A stretch of DNA of 64,000 nucleotides from an uncultured Erysipelotrichaceae bacterium. GTDB lineage: Bacteria; Bacillota_I; Bacilli_A; RF39; UBA660. Shown here one piece after another: positions 63,375-64,000 of the stretch. The first letter of the stretch is position 1, and each line of letters begins with the position of its first letter. The stretch lies in assembly GCA_948442015.1 (NCBI GenBank), contig CAOJRP010000004.1, positions 4,665 through 68,664 on the forward strand, given 5' to 3'. The notes beneath the pieces are model-generated. The model ran no database searches, had not been told where the DNA came from, and saw only the letters and a list, made by a program, of their open reading frames with translations. The translations under genes were made by a program, and so were the position numbers.

Positions 63375-64000
63375 AAAAGAGAATTTTGTTATTAATAGTG
63401 TTAAGTTTATTTACGTTGACAGGATGTAATGAAAATGTAAACAAAGAAGAGAAGAAAGAAACTGTAAAACAAGAAGAAATCAGGACATTTAATTGGTTTA
63501 ATGATGCAGAAAAATTGCCAACAAAAGAAATAACTTTAAACGATACTAATTTTAAGAAAGATTTAAAATCATGTGAAGAAGATTATCCTTCTATTAAATA
63601 CTTTAAAGATGATATTATGTATGGAGAGTGTTTAAATCCGTGGATAAATAACGTAATTATCGAAACAAAGGGAGTATTTATTTATAATATAGTAACTAAA
63701 AAAACAAATTACTATAAGTATAATAATAAAAAAAGAATATGGAATTATGTTATTAAAGATGAAGAAATTTATTATATTGAAGTGTCTGAAAATAGAAATA
63801 ACGATACATTTGCTTGGGAATTAAAAAAGTCTTCCCTAACTTTTACAAATCCTAAAACACTTGCTAAAGGAGAAGTTAATGGCCCTGATACTTTACCAGT
63901 ATTTATTAAAAGTCAAGAAAATGATGATATTTATGTAGTTCTTATAAATAATAAAGATAGCGAGGATATGCAAATAAATTCTTTAAATAAGATAGAAAAT
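63371..64000 (+). CDS. lipoprotein, 3'-truncated by the window edge; related to 31021..32211
   Basis: GTGA overlap with the previous stop. VKKRILLLIVLSLFTLTGC lipobox. The frame is open to base 64000 (210 codons), so it is not in the ORF track. Confidence 0.55.
   Translation, partial: MKKRILLLIVLSLFTLTGCNENVNKEEKKETVKQEEIRTFNWFNDAEKLPTKEITLNDTNFKKDLKSCEEDYPSIKYFKDDIMYGECLNPWINNVIIETKGVFIYNIVTKKTNYYKYNNKKRIWNYVIKDEEIYYIEVSENRNNDTFAWELKKSSLTFTNPKTLAKGEVNGPDTLPVFIKSQENDDIYVVLINNKDSEDMQINSLNKIEN

Overview
The window is 64 kb of very AT-rich chromosome with standard code 11 (TGA is used as a stop). It looks like a low-GC, endospore-forming Bacillota, because it has a CotE homolog and Firmicute-type SD sequences and promoters. 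Almost all genes are on the + strand; only 4 convincing genes are on the - strand. One short conserved housekeeping block is present (7.9-11.2 kb): rpsP, a KH-domain protein, uppS, cdsA and rseP, preceded by cotE. The rest is accessory-type DNA. It contains two stand-alone tRNAs (Met-CAT at 11.7 kb, Glu-CUC at 20.1 kb) and many single-gene units. These encode small-molecule-binding, acetyltransferase and regulator proteins (GyrI-like, VOC, GNAT x2, AraC, GntR, DinD, KilA-N, TfoX-like, YjbR-like). There are several ABC systems, an ABC-F (ARE-like) ATPase, and a MATE transporter fused to a cytidylate-kinase-like domain. There is also a 4-gene LlaJI/BsuMI-like restriction-modification operon (m6A MTase, m5C MTase, McrB-like GTPase, LlaJI-R2-like nuclease), with a convergent CGNR zinc-finger protein and an ICE-type sigma-like gene beside it. 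Further right lies a YxdJKLM-YxeA/Bce-type peptide-antibiotic sensing and detoxification module, and there are two paralogous cassettes headed by membrane-tethered XRE regulators (28-32 kb and 60-64 kb). No rRNA, CRISPR array, transposase or integrase was recognised. The observations most worth follow-up are as follows.

- An unannotated 26-codon hydrophobic ORF with a convergent overlapping small transcript at 59.5-59.9 kb is a type I toxin-antitoxin candidate.
- A 6-codon leader ORF with mutually exclusive hairpins lies in front of the ABC-F gene.
- The mixed-chemistry LlaJI-like R-M operon sits next to the CGNR protein.
- A recurring 40-bp terminator/promoter module brackets accessory genes.
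- The XRE-headed cassettes are duplicated.

All coordinates of small motifs were counted by hand. All family calls rest on motifs I recognise, not on database searches.
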